A stretch of DNA of 64,000 nucleotides from Blastocladiella emersonii ATCC 22665 (GCA_025594325.1 JANHCV010000001.1:4092001-4156000), one strand, 5' to 3'. Shown: positions 35,845-47,270, numbered from the stretch's first letter. Notes: a model not told the origin generated them from the letters alone. Made by a program: numbers and translations.

Positions 35845-36485
35845 TCAAACATCCATCACGGACAACGAGCCAGCCTTCGCCAGCGTGCACTCTGAGCAAA
35901 AGTTGGGCCCTGGGGGAACTGGGCCTATCGCTGGAAAGTCGTGGCCACCGCACGACGGGCACGGGTCCAGGACAACGGCAATCAAGTCTGCGGAGGCCTG
36001 CCAGCTATACATGCTGGCAACCATGAAAGCGAACATCGCCCAGCCGCCCGCGTTCACGCACGACGGATTGGTGAACGCGGCCAAATACAGGGTAACAAGT
36101 GCGCTGAAAACCCCCGTAACAAAGAAAGCAAGCTCGAGACTTGCGGCCTTGCCCGGATCGCGGATGGGACCCGTCATGCGCTGGACAAACTTGGTCGGAT
36201 TTCCTGGAAGGCGCAAAAGGGTTTCAAACGCCTACCAGAACTGGGGTTGACGCTCGCGCACAACGCATCCAGCGATAGCCGTCAGGCGAGATTCGCCGAA
36301 GTTGGACGAGCGCAACGGATCTGAGCCAGGACGGGCAGTACGCTTGTCTTTGTTGATTGCGGCAGCGAGACATACGCTCGAATTCGGCAGCTAGTCGGAG
36401 GGCGGAGAGTGAGCTTGCTGCCAAAGCGGCTGGCGAGGAAGTTGACGCGCACTTTGCTCGTTTCGTCAATGGGCTTGGGCGACAT
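35845..36485 (-). CDS. Small membrane protein with a CxxC-x17-CxxC zinc ribbon; 5' structure uncertain (possible intron 36232-36341)
   Basis: Two hydrophobic segments followed by CPSCGGHDFPAIGPVPPGPNFCSEC. A GTACTG..TAG intron would join MSPKPIDE... (ATG 36485) in phase 0; otherwise the TAG is a nonsense codon. Confidence 0.5.
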
Positions 36486-37111
36486 TGCCGGGAAGCTTAA
36501 GCTTGAGAGAGAGCGAAGCTGCGTCTGCGCAAGGGGAAGTACGACCAATGCATTCAAGCAGCTGCGAGAGCGTGAACGGAAGTCGGCTGTCGCGGCCAGG
36601 TCCGCCTCGGCTGCGCCCTCACACCAGCCTCGGGTGGAGTGCATTTATGCACCGGACAGACTGTAAACCGATCCGACTCATACATATAGAAGCTACCGTG
36701 CCATGCTGACGGCGACGGTGATGAAAAGCAAGAAGTACAGGTTCGCCCTGCTCGCGCTTGGCCTCAGGCAACCGCCGACTTTCATGTGATTCCATCGACG
36801 CGACAGCGTCCCTCAAGCGATTACATGGTGTCTGTCATTCATGTTGCGCGGACTTTGGTTGACGTGCGCTCGATCTCGTCGCCTCGTGGAGCAGGTCGAG
36901 AAGGGGCAGCGCACGCGCGTCCCGCGCCCGTGGTGCTCACCGCGCACACGCAGGACTCCGTTCACCTGTTCCGCTTTCTCGATGCTCGGCAAGAGAGGCC
37001 AACGGTCAGCGATCAGAGAGGCGAACGAGAGGTTGTATATGAAGTAGACTTGTGATACAGAGGCGGTAGAAGAGCAACATCAGCGACGGGAGGAACACGC
37101 GCCGAGCGCGC

Positions 37112-39011
37112 TTACATGCGCTCGAGGGCGCGGAGGCCGAGCAACCGGAGCGCGTTGCCGAGGACGACGCGGGCCGAGCGGTACATGTAGAGGCGGGCCT
37201 GCTTGACGCCCTCCTCCTGGTTGAGGACGTAGAGCGAGTCGAGCGTGGACGAGACGGCGTGGCACAGCTTGAACAGGTACGTCACGACGTTGCAGGGCTC
37301 GAAGCCGTTGGCGGGGATGGTGCGGACCACGTCGGGGAACTGGGCAATGATGTTGATGAGGTTCTGCGCCGCGGGCTCCGAGAGCAGCGAGAAGTCGACG
37401 TCGGCGATGGGCGCGGCGTCGCCGGCCTTGCGCTCAATCGAGCACAGACGCGCGTGCGCGTACTGCAGGTACGGTCCGGTGTCGCCCTCGAACGAGAACA
37501 TGCGGTCCCACGAGAAGTCGTAGTCCTTGACGCGGCGGGCGGCCATGTCCTGGATGACAATGGCCGAGAGGCCGACGAGGTCGGCGACGGCCTCGGGGTC
37601 GGGGATCTGGTCGTACTTGGCCTTGTTGTTCTTCATCTGCTCGAGCATCACCTCCTGGGTGTTGTTGAGCATGTCCTCGAGGAAGACGGCGGTGCCCTTG
37701 CGCGTCGACATGCCGTTGACCATGCCGAAGTTGATGTGGGTGCACTGCTTGGCCCACTCGTAGCCCATGAGGTTCAGGATCTTGAACAACTGGCGGAAGT
37801 GCAGGTCCTGCTGCGCGCCGACCACATAGTACATCTGGTCAAACTCGTACTCGTCCTTGCGGGCCTTGGCGGCGCCAATGTCGCGCGTGATGTACAGGGT
37901 GGTGCCGTCCGACTTCTGGACAACGACGACGCCGAGCTTGTCCTTCTTGAGGTCAATGATCTGGGCCTCCTGGTCGAGCTGCAGGATGTTCTTCTCCTTG
38001 AGGACCTTGAGGGCGTCGTCCATCTCGGTCGAGACCTGCGACTCGCCCGAGTACACGTCGAACTCGACGCCGAGGCGGGCGTAGATGTCCTTGTACTTGA
38101 CAATGGACAGGTCGCGGAACCGCTGCCAGAGGGCGAGGGCCTCGGCGTCGCCGTCCTCCATCTTCTTGAAGTAGGCGCGGGCCTCGTCATGGACCGCCGA
38201 GTCGGCCTCGGCGTCCTTGTTGATCTGGACGTAGACGTCAAACAGGTGGCGGATCGGGTCGGCCTTGAGCTTGGTCTCGTCGCCGTGGCGGGCGAAGCCG
38301 ACGGCGAGCAGGCCGTACTGCTTGCCCCAGTCGCCGAGGTAGTTGATGGCCTTGGTGTCCCAGCCGTTGGCCTTGAGCACGTTGCGGGTGAAGTTGCCGA
38401 TGATGGTGGAGCGCAGGTGGCCGGCGTGGAACGGCTTGGCGATGTTGGGCGACGAAAACTCGACCACGGCGCGCTTGCCCTTGCCCGAGGCGTTGGTGCC
38501 GTACTGGGTGCCAGCGGCGTCGACCTGGGCCAGCGTCAGGCCGCGCAGGACCGCGTGGTTGATCTTGAAGTTCATGAAGGGCCCCGAGCCAAACGCGGCC
38601 GTCACAAACTCGTTGGGCACAAACTTGCCCGTGATGTCGGCCGTCAGCTGGACCGGGTTGCCCTTGATGCGCAGGCGCGGCGTCGGGATCGCAAAGTCGG
38701 CGAGGTCGGCCTGCTTGGGCGCCTCGAGCGCAGCGAACACGATCTCGGCCGAGGCGCCCGACAGCGCGGCCACCTGCTCGGTGATGATGAGCTTGAACAG
38801 GTCGAGGATGTTGGACTCGGGGAACGCGCCTAGGTACGTGTGCGGGGGATGGTGATCAGAGAGATAGGCCGAGATAACACGGCAGATAACAACAGCGAGG
38901 CCGGACGGACGTACCGGCGACCTTGGGCAGCGAGTCGACGGGGATGGCGGCGACGGCCTTGCCCTCGAGGGACAGCTTGGCCAGCGAGGCGAGCGCTTCG
39001 TTGATTGACAT
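37112..39011 (-). CDS. RRS1: Arginyl-tRNA synthetase, 2 exons; possible longer mitochondrial form from ATG 39428
   Basis: HIGH-like motif VVEFSSPNIAKPFHAGHLRSTIIG; NYLGDWGKQYG; KSDGTTLYITRD; GMSTRKG; GDTGPYLQYAHARLCSI; ends LLGLRALERM. Confidence 0.96.
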
Positions 39012-39653
39012 GGCGGCGGTGGTGGTAGTGGTTGGCGGGTCCACGGCGGAGGAGAGAGCGAACGACGAGGTGAAGGTGCGGCGGAGGGGGCGCCCAACGG
39101 AGGAGGGGAGAAGAAAAGCGGTTGGCGACCGAGTCACGCGGCCCGTGATGCGCGCGGCGGGGCCCGTTGCCGCCCTCGCCGCCGCCGCGAACGTTGCTGT
39201 TGATGGCCGCCCCCACCACGTCTCTGACGCGGACTCACGCGACATGTAACTCACGGCAGCCGCGGGACTGGCATGGAGCGCGCGGTGGTGGTGGCGTGGC
39301 GGGACGCCCGCGGGTCTTGCGGCGGCGGCGGTGGCGGCGATGAGTCGGCCGCCGTGCGTGAGCGACGCGTGCGAGACGCGCCCGCGCAGCGCGAGCGCGG
39401 CGGCGCTCCGGGATGCGATGCAATGCATGGACTGATGGGCGCGGGTCGCTGTCCGCCTGGGGTGGTCGGAGGAGCCGGTCTCACCTCGCCGTCGCCGCCG
39501 CTTTCGTCGGAAGAGTTGAGCAATGGAACACTCCCAGATGTTATCACGTATGCCGGGGGCAGCGCCGCTGCGGCGGACCCCGAGGAATCAACACAAAACC
39601 GTATGAACAAAAACTTGTGGCTGCGCGCGGTCGTCCAGTCCGCGCCGCGCCGC

Positions 39654-41561
39654 TCAGGCCATCCACAGGTCGACGTCGCCGTGGAGCGAGACCAGCTCGA
39701 GCCGCTCGCTGGCCGCGGCCACCGGTGCCGCCGCCGACTCCGACTTGGCCGCGACCGCGGGCCGCGCGCCGATCCGCCCGCGCTGCTCCGTCTCGGCGGC
39801 GACCGTCCAGTCGGCACGCGCGAGCCGGGCGGCCGCGCGGTCCGTGAAGGGCACCAGGACGACGCGCGACCGCGGCGCGCGCAGCGTGAGGTCGAGCGCC
39901 GTCGGCTTGAGCGGGGTCAGGGACGGGACCGCGTCAGCGCCAACATCCTCATCTTCGCGATCGAGCGCCGACGCGTCGACGCCAACGTGCACCGTGCCCG
40001 CGACCGCCGTGACCGCGACAGTGCGCGGCCCCTCACGGTGGCCGAGGACCAGCCGGTCGATGCGCACGGGGCCCGCGACGGCCTGCACGCGCACGTCGCC
40101 CGACGTGGCCGCGATCCCCGCGACAGTGACCGCCGACCCGGCCGTGACGCGCACGCCGCGCGGGATCGCGTCGAGGACCGTGCGCACCGCCACGCTGCCG
40201 GACCGCGTCGTCAGGGCGAGGTCCGCGAGCGCCGGCGCCGAGTGGACCACCATGTGCAGCGCGCCGTCGGGTGCCGTGGCCGCGTCGTGCGGCTGCAGCG
40301 CGGGGCGGGTCTGGTCGTCGGAGGGGACCGCGGCGAACAGGATTGGCGCGGGCGTGCCCGGGCGCTCCTCGTCAATGGCGAGCGACAGGCCCGGGGACGC
40401 AGGCACCGCGAGCATCCAGTGCGGCGCCGAGCACGCGATCGCGGGACACGTCGCCGCGTCGTCGGTCGCGTTGGCGGCGGGAGCGCCCAGCACGGCGGCG
40501 CGGTGCAGCTTGACGACGACGTGCGACCCCGAGTGCTGCAGGTCGACGTCGACAACGGCCGCGGCCACGGCGCCCGACGCGTCCGTGCACGTCGCCGTGA
40601 CGCTCGCGACGGCGATCCCGCGCGGCGCCTGGTGCAGGTGGATCGTACCCGGCCCCTGCGCCGTGACGCGCAGGTGCGCCAGACCCTGCACGGCCACGGG
40701 CACCTGGTCGGGCCAGCTCGGGCGCGGGGTCAGGCACCGCTGCGGCGCGCCCGGGTGCCACGGCGACGTGGGCGCGCGCATGATGCGGGCCGTGAGCTAT
40801 AGGGAATGGATGTTAGTCGCTGCAACTTGAGCCCGAGTTGACTGGGAGAGGGAGCGTACCAGGACGAACAGCGTCGCGAGAACCGCGGCGCCGAGGAGGA
40901 GCAGGACGAGGACGCCGATCACGGCGATACAGCACTGCGTGCCGCGGGCCAGCCGCGACGCGAGCGAGTTGTCGTGCCCGCCGCTGCCGCCGCGCACGGC
41001 GCCGTCATCGTCGGGCTTGTAGTACGGGAATGCGCCAGCAGCCGCGTCAGGGACGACGAGCAGGCGGTGCTGCGGGAGGAGCGGGGACCGCTCGCCCACC
41101 ACGATCGTGCTGTCGCGCGAAGATCCAAGGACTTTGGCGACGCGTCCGCGCACCGCGTCGCGCCACCGTGCCAGGCGGGATGGCGGCTGTGCGGGCTCGT
41201 CGAGGTCCGGGATCAGGTCGGCGAGCGACGCGTACGACCCGGGCGTCGTTGGCGAGGCCGGGACGAGGAGCGGGGTCGTCGACGCTGCCGCGGCGGTGAC
41301 GCCGGACGAGGGCGTCGACGCGAGCGCGGCCGGGTGGGCGAGCCCGCGGTCGACGGCGGCGGCCGACGTGGGGGTCCGGGGCAGCTCGAGGTCGCTCATG
41401 TTGATCGCGGTGTCGATGGAGCGAGGGCGGCGCGGCGGCGACGAGGGTGAAGGCGGGAGCGCGAATCCGGACACGACGGCGGGAGGAGCGGCCGTGGGAC
41501 CCGCGGCTGCTGGCGGTGCCGTTGCAGGCACAAACGCCGCGTGATGCATCAGGATCGACAT
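39654..41561 (-). CDS. Type II single-pass membrane protein with a C-terminal beta-repeat (DUF4097/putative-adhesin-like) domain; intron 40797-40859
   Basis: A GTACGC..CTAAC..ATAG intron fuses ORFs 40797..41561 and 39654..40781 in frame. One TM (IAVIGVLVLLLLGAAVLATLFVLL) is followed by recurring S/A-G-x-V-x-V strands (SGSVAV, SGDVRV, AGTVHV, HGDVDL). Confidence 0.7.
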
Positions 41562-41850
41562 GGGCCGTGCGTGGGAACGAGGAGGAGAGAGGTCGGGCTC
41601 GGGCGCGCGCGGGAGCGATGGTCGCCGATCCGCGTGGGTTCTGGGGCCCTAGGAGCGAGATGACGGCGATACGGCTAAGGGAACCGCACACGGTGTCGTC
41701 GCGTTAGATGAGGATTAAGAGGATGAGACGGAAGCAGCGGATCAGATCACGTACCGGAATCGGGGTCGCAGAGAGCGCGATCCGAAGGCGACGGCAGCGG
41801 TGGAGGTTGGAGGAGAGCGACGGATGCCGACGACGGGGGCCCGCGGACCC

Positions 41851-41856
41851 TTTATA
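41851..41856 (-). promoter_or_regulatory. TATA-like element upstream of the 41561 gene; CCAAT at 41910-41914
   Basis: Plus-strand tttata equals TATAAA on the minus strand. Confidence 0.4.
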
Positions 41857-42627
41857 CCTGCGGGACTCGGGCAGTCCGAGCGGACGAGGTCGCGGCAGCA
41901 CAGGCCCATCCAATCGAGCGCGGTTTGATTAGACCGGGCGGCCGGGCGGTCCTCATGGGGTCGTGCGGTTTGCACACGGCGCTCGCGGGTCACCGCTGGG
42001 GAGGTGGAAGGGGGGAGCGGAACGTGCCCGCGGCCGCGCACGCGTGGGCCCACTCGGTGCGGTTTCAAGCCTTAAATCCATTTTCCATTGCGCTTCCCCG
42101 AGCGCACCAGTTGTGCCTCGGAGCGCGTCGAGCTGGTCGCTCCGTCCACGGCGACGGCAGCGACCACGACGAGGTCCCAAGCGGGGCTCCTGCGCGCGAG
42201 CACCCGCTGAGAAGCAGCAGTCGGGCGATCCCGGCCGAGGTCGAGGGATGATGTCGGCGGCGGCAAGATTCATTCGACACGAAATTGGCCGCGGACGCCC
42301 GCGGCGGTCATGCCCTGGGCGAGGGCGGCGGTGGCGGCGGGCGTCTGGGCGTCGACGATGATGAGCGACGGGCCGTGTTTCAAGCGTTGGGACGCGTTGC
42401 GCCTCACCTGCGGCGTGAATGCCGGCGGTGCGTGACGTTACATGAGGTTCCATGGATGACGACGGCGACGTCGATGACCAAGCAAGAGAAGCAGCGCGAA
42501 GGGCTCGGACGAGAGCTGCGCCACGGCGACTGACTGTTCACTGAGTCAGCAGCGCGACGCGACCTTCAAAACCGCGACGCCCCGCTCCTCCCCGCGACCG
42601 CTCACCATCTACAACCAACGGACAACC

Positions 42628-43140
42628 ATGGAGCTCTACCATCTCGGCAAGCACTGCGAGGTGCCCTCGTGCCACCAGCTCGACTACTTGCCCTTCCGCT
42701 GCACCCACTGCCAGCACACCTACTGCGCGGAGCACGCCAAGCCAGCGAGCCACGGCCCGCTCATGCCCGAGCACAAGTCGACGAGCGAGCCAGGATGCCC
42801 AGGAATGCTACTCGGTCTGCGTCCTGGCCGCGAACTCGCACCCGGCGTCACGGTCGCACCGAGTGCGCAACCCGCCCCCGCCGCTTCAGCTCCATCACCG
42901 TCAACGACACGAGGCTGCCCGCATCCCAAGTGCCGGACCAAGTCAGCAACGCGCGGGAAGCCACTGCTCGTCAAGTGCAACGGCTGCCAGACGTCCTACT
43001 GCATCCCGCACCGTCTGCCCGAGATCCACGCGTGCTCCAGCGCAGCGAGCAACGTGCCCGCGCGCATGCGGACAGGCGGGCCCGCCGGCCAGGCCGCGCT
43101 CGACCGCATGAAGCGCTCCGCGGAGCAGCGGGCACATTGA
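42628..43140 (+). CDS. Tandem AN1-type zinc-finger protein (ZFAND1/ZFAND2/Cuz1-like), 170 aa
   Basis: MELYHLGKHCEVPSCHQLDYLPFRCTHCQHTYCAEH and a second finger CPHPKC..CNGCQTSYCIPHRLPEIHAC. Confidence 0.88.
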   Translation: MELYHLGKHCEVPSCHQLDYLPFRCTHCQHTYCAEHAKPASHGPLMPEHKSTSEPGCPGMLLGLRPGRELAPGVTVAPSAQPAPAASAPSPSTTRGCPHPKCRTKSATRGKPLLVKCNGCQTSYCIPHRLPEIHACSSAASNVPARMRTGGPAGQAALDRMKRSAEQRAH

Positions 43141-43386
43141 GCTGCTGTTGCATCGAGTAAAAAATACATTTCATTTGCACCGCGATAAGAGTGAGGAGCG
43201 AAGACGCGAGGGAGAAACCGGCTGCGACCTGAAAGCAAACGCCACGTGATGCCGGTCTTCGGCGATCCTCGGCAGACGCGTCTCGGCTCCTCGCGCGAGC
43301 GCTCCGCCAGACCCCCGATCCACGCACAACCAGGGGTGCTGGCACAACCCGACCTTGCTCTCCCTCCTCACCACACACATTGTGCT

Positions 43387-46300
43387 ATGAACCTTGCTCG
43401 GGGATCCGTTTCGCGCTCCCTCCTCGTTTTCCGCACCAACACCGCTACTCGCGCGCTCGCCGGCCCCCTGATCCGCCGCTCGGCCCGCCCGCTCCTCGTC
43501 GCTGCTGCCCTCGCTCGCTCGCAGCCGATCGCCGCGCTCTCGCCCTCGCTACGTCGCTTCTCGACCAAGAACGCCTCCGCCGCTGCTGCCACCCGTACCC
43601 CGACCAAAATGTCCGACGACAACATGGCCCGCGTCATTGACGGCAAGCAAGTCTCCGCGTATGTCATCCATGCGCTTCATGCGGTCCAACCGACCGCTTC
43701 TGCTCCCCAACCCGCCAACACGCTTACCCTCTCCGGACCGCGACTCGTGAACGTGTGTAGTGCCGTGCGCCAGCGCATCAAGGCCGATGTGGCCGCTCTC
43801 GCCGCCGAGTACCCGGGGTTCCGCCCGCACCTGGCCATCCTGCAGGTCGGCAGCCGCGAGGACTCGTCGCTGTACGTCAAGATGAAGCAGAAGGCCGCGC
43901 ACGAGGTCGGCATGGCCTTCACCCACCACAAGCTGCCCGCCACCATCTCGCAGAACGAGCTGCTCGCCGCGATCCGCGAGCTCAACGAGGACCCCGCCGT
44001 GCACGGCCTGCTCGTCCAGCTGCCGCTGCCCGCGGGGCTTGACGAGCTCGTCGTCACCGAGGCCATTGACGTGGCCAAGGACGTCGACGGCTTCCACACC
44101 ATCAACATGGGCAACCTCGCCAAGCGCTCCACCCACCCGCGCTTCATCCCGTGCACCCCGAAGGGCATCATGGAGCTCCTGCGCCACGAGGGCATCGATC
44201 TCGCCGGCAAGTCGGCCGTCGTCGTCGGCCGCAGCGACATTGTCGGCATGCCCCTGTTCCACCTGTTCCAGAAGGCCAACGCCACCGTCACCCTCGCCCA
44301 CTCGCGCACCACCAACCTCGCCGAGGTCGTGTCGCGCGCCGACGTCGTGGTCGCCGCCGTCGGCGTCCCCGAGCTGATCCAGGGCTCCTGGCTCAAGCCC
44401 GGCGCCGTTGTCATCGACGTCGGCACCAACGCCGTCCCCGACGCGACCAAGAAGTCGGGCACCCGCTGGGTCGGCGACGTGCAGTACGCCGCCGCCGCCA
44501 AAGTCGCCGCCGCCATCACCCCGGTCCCCGGCGGCGTCGGGCCCATGACCGTGTGCATGCTGCTCGACAACACGCTCGAGGCCGCCAAGCGCGCCGCCGC
44601 GTCCGGCGCGACCCGCGCCACGGGCGTCGGCCGCATCGCCGCGCTCCCGCTCGAGCTGCTCGACCCCGTGCCCTCCGACATTTCGATCGCTCTCGCCCAG
44701 ACGCCCAAGCCGATCGCGCAGCTCGGCCGCGAGCTCGGTCTTCGCGAGCGCGAGCTCGAGCCGTACGGCCGCACCAAGGCCAAGGTCGACCTGTCCGTGA
44801 TCGACCGCCTGCAGCAGTTCCCGAACGGCCGCTACGTCGTCGTCACGGGCATCACCCCGACGCCGCTCGGCGAGGGCAAGTCGACCACCACCATTGGTCT
44901 GTGCCAGGCGCTCGGCGCGCACCTCAACAAGACGGCCTTTGCGTGCGTGCGCCAGCCGTCGCAGGGCCCGACGTTCGGCATCAAGGGCGGCGCGGCTGGC
45001 GGCGGGTACTCGCAGGTGATCCCCATGGACGAGTTCAACCTGCACCTCACGGGCGACATCCACGCCGTGACCGCGGCCAACAACCTGCTCGCTGCCGCCA
45101 TCGACGCGCGCATGTTCCACGAGGCGACGCAGTCGGACACGGCGCTGTTCGGGCGCCTGTGCCCCAAGAAGAACGGCAAGGCGTCGTTTGCGCCCGTGAT
45201 GCTCAAGCGGCTGCAGAAGCTCGGGATCACCAAGACCGAGCCCGCGGACCTGACGCCCGAGGAGATCAGCAAGTTTGCGCGGCTCGACATTGACCCGGCC
45301 ACCATCACCTGGCAGCGCGTCGTCGACGTCAACGACCGGTTCCTGCGCAAGATCACCATTGGCCAGAACGCCACCGAGCAGGGCATGACGCGCGAGACCG
45401 GGTACGACATCTCGGTCGCGTCCGAGTGCATGGCCGTGCTCGCCCTCGCCACCAGCCTCCAGGACATGCGCGAGCGGCTCGGCAACATGGTCATTGCCAG
45501 CTCCAAGGCCGGCGAGCCCATCACCGCCGACGACCTCGGCATCGGCGGCGCCCTGCTCGTGCTCATGAAGGACGCCATCAAGCCCACGCTCATGCAGACG
45601 CTCGAGGGCACCCCCGTCTTCGTGCACGCGGGCCCCTTTGCCAACATTGCCCACGGCAATTCGTCAATCCTCGCCGACCAGATCGCCCTCAAGCTCGCGT
45701 CGCCCGGGCCCGACGGTCTCGGCGAGCCCGGGTACGTGGTCACCGAGTGCGGGTTCGGCGCCGATATCGGCATGGAGAAGTTCTTTGACATCAAGTGCCG
45801 CGTTTCGGGGCTCGTGCCCAACGCCGTGGTCCTCACCACGACGATCCGCGCCCTCAAGATGCACGGCGGCGGGCCCAACGTGGTCCCCGGCAAGCCGATC
45901 CCCGACACGTACCGCAACGAGAACCTCGACCTGCTCAAGGCCGGCGTGTGCAACATGCAGCGCCACATTGAGAACGCGGGCAAGTTCGGCGTGCCCGTGG
46001 TCGTCGCCATCAACCAGTTTGCCACCGACACCCCCGCCGAGGTCGCGGTCGTCGCCGAGGCGGCGCTCGCGGCCGGCGCCATCGACGCGGTCCCCTGCAC
46101 GCACTGGGCGCACGGCGGGCGCGGCGCCGTGGCGCTCGCCAAGGCCGTCGTCAAGGCGTGCGACCAGCCGTCCAACTTCAAGTACCTGTACGACGTGGCC
46201 GAGTCGCTCGAGAACAAGATCCGCATCATCGCGCGGGAAATGTACGGCGCGTCGGATATCGAACTCAGCCCCGAGGCCCGCGCCAAGCTCGACACGTACA

Positions 46301-46551
46301 CGCGCCAGGGCTTTGGGCACCTCCCGATCTGCATGGCCAAGACCCACCTGTCGCTGTCGCACAACCCCGAGTGGAAGGGCGTCCCCAAGGATTTCGTGCT
46401 CCCGATCCGCGACGTGCGCGCGTCCGCCGGCGCCGGGTTCGTGTACCCGCTCGTCGGCACGATGCAGACCATGCCCGGGCTCCCGACCCGCCCCGCCTTC
46501 TACGACGTCGACCTTGATTTCGAGACGGGACAGGTCAAGGGCCTGTTCTGA
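43387..46551 (+). CDS. MIS1/ADE3: Trifunctional C1-tetrahydrofolate synthase (dehydrogenase/cyclohydrolase + formyl-THF synthetase); intron 43659-43760; alternative ATG at 43609
   Basis: [83 protein letters not shown] and [15 protein letters not shown]. Confidence 0.97.
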   Translation: MNLARGSVSRSLLVFRTNTATRALAGPLIRRSARPLLVAAALARSQPIAALSPSLRRFSTKNASAAAATRTPTKMSDDNMARVIDGKQVSAYVIHALHAVQPTASAPQPANTLTLSGPRLVNVCSAVRQRIKADVAALAAEYPGFRPHLAILQVGSREDSSLYVKMKQKAAHEVGMAFTHHKLPATISQNELLAAIRELNEDPAVHGLLVQLPLPAGLDELVVTEAIDVAKDVDGFHTINMGNLAKRSTHPRFIPCTPKGIMELLRHEGIDLAGKSAVVVGRSDIVGMPLFHLFQKANATVTLAHSRTTNLAEVVSRADVVVAAVGVPELIQGSWLKPGAVVIDVGTNAVPDATKKSGTRWVGDVQYAAAAKVAAAITPVPGGVGPMTVCMLLDNTLEAAKRAAASGATRATGVGRIAALPLELLDPVPSDISIALAQTPKPIAQLGRELGLRERELEPYGRTKAKVDLSVIDRLQQFPNGRYVVVTGITPTPLGEGKSTTTIGLCQALGAHLNKTAFACVRQPSQGPTFGIKGGAAGGGYSQVIPMDEFNLHLTGDIHAVTAANNLLAAAIDARMFHEATQSDTALFGRLCPKKNGKASFAPVMLKRLQKLGITKTEPADLTPEEISKFARLDIDPATITWQRVVDVNDRFLRKITIGQNATEQGMTRETGYDISVASECMAVLALATSLQDMRERLGNMVIASSKAGEPITADDLGIGGALLVLMKDAIKPTLMQTLEGTPVFVHAGPFANIAHGNSSILADQIALKLASPGPDGLGEPGYVVTECGFGADIGMEKFFDIKCRVSGLVPNAVVLTTTIRALKMHGGGPNVVPGKPIPDTYRNENLDLLKAGVCNMQRHIENAGKFGVPVVVAINQFATDTPAEVAVVAEAALAAGAIDAVPCTHWAHGGRGAVALAKAVVKACDQPSNFKYLYDVAESLENKIRIIAREMYGASDIELSPEARAKLDTYTRQGFGHLPICMAKTHLSLSHNPEWKGVPKDFVLPIRDVRASAGAGFVYPLVGTMQTMPGLPTRPAFYDVDLDFETGQVKGLF

Positions 46552-46586
46552 GCGGAGCGGGCACGAGGTGGTCGTGGTCGGTGAGT

Positions 46587-46606
46587 GAGCGAGCGAGCGA
46601 GCGAGC
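46587..46606. repeat. (GAGC)5 microsatellite just 3' of the C1-THF synthase gene
   Basis: Read directly from the sequence. Confidence 0.85.
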
Positions 46607-47138
46607 GGCATGTTTCCGTGTATCAATACAGTCGCACAAGTTTTGCTTCGATCAACGGCTTGTACGGGAGTAAGTTGAAGTATGGATGTTCGAGGTGCGG
46701 TTTCGTTCGCTGAGCGCCAGCATGGAGGAGCGATTTGACACGCTGCGCCATTACGCTGGCGCAACGACCATGGTCATGGTCGTACACTTGATGCTTGATG
46801 AGACGCATCCGTCCGTGAGTTATTCGGCAACATATTTACCGAGCGTGGCACAGCTCAACTGTGGGCCGCAAGTAAAGAGGTGACGCGTCGCACAAGTGCT
46901 GTGCCACCCACGCGGGCTGCGCCACCACGTCCCTCGTGCTCGCCATCGCCATTTCGGCGTGGCGTCTCGCCTCCAATCACATCACGCAACTCATCACCAG
47001 CCCGCACTGTTCATCTTCGCCTTCGCCCTTCATTTCACGAGTTCATTTCGCTCACGCGGCAGCTCGGCACTCCACGTCCTTGTTCGCCGTATTATAACGC
47101 GGTGCACTCGCGCAGTCGCTGCAAGGGACCGGGCCGCC

Positions 47139-47146
47139 TATATAAA
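47139..47146 (+). promoter_or_regulatory. TATA box of the 47271 gene
   Basis: TATATAAA about 125 nt upstream of the ATG. Confidence 0.65.
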
Positions 47147-47270
47147 CCCGGCCTCGTCCCCGCACCCAACTCTCTTGTCCAGCATCCAGCCAGCCTGTTC
47201 TCTACAAGCGCACCCATAGAAAAGACAGTCTGTCTGCCTCCTAGAACCAACCCCAACCCGACCCATCAAG

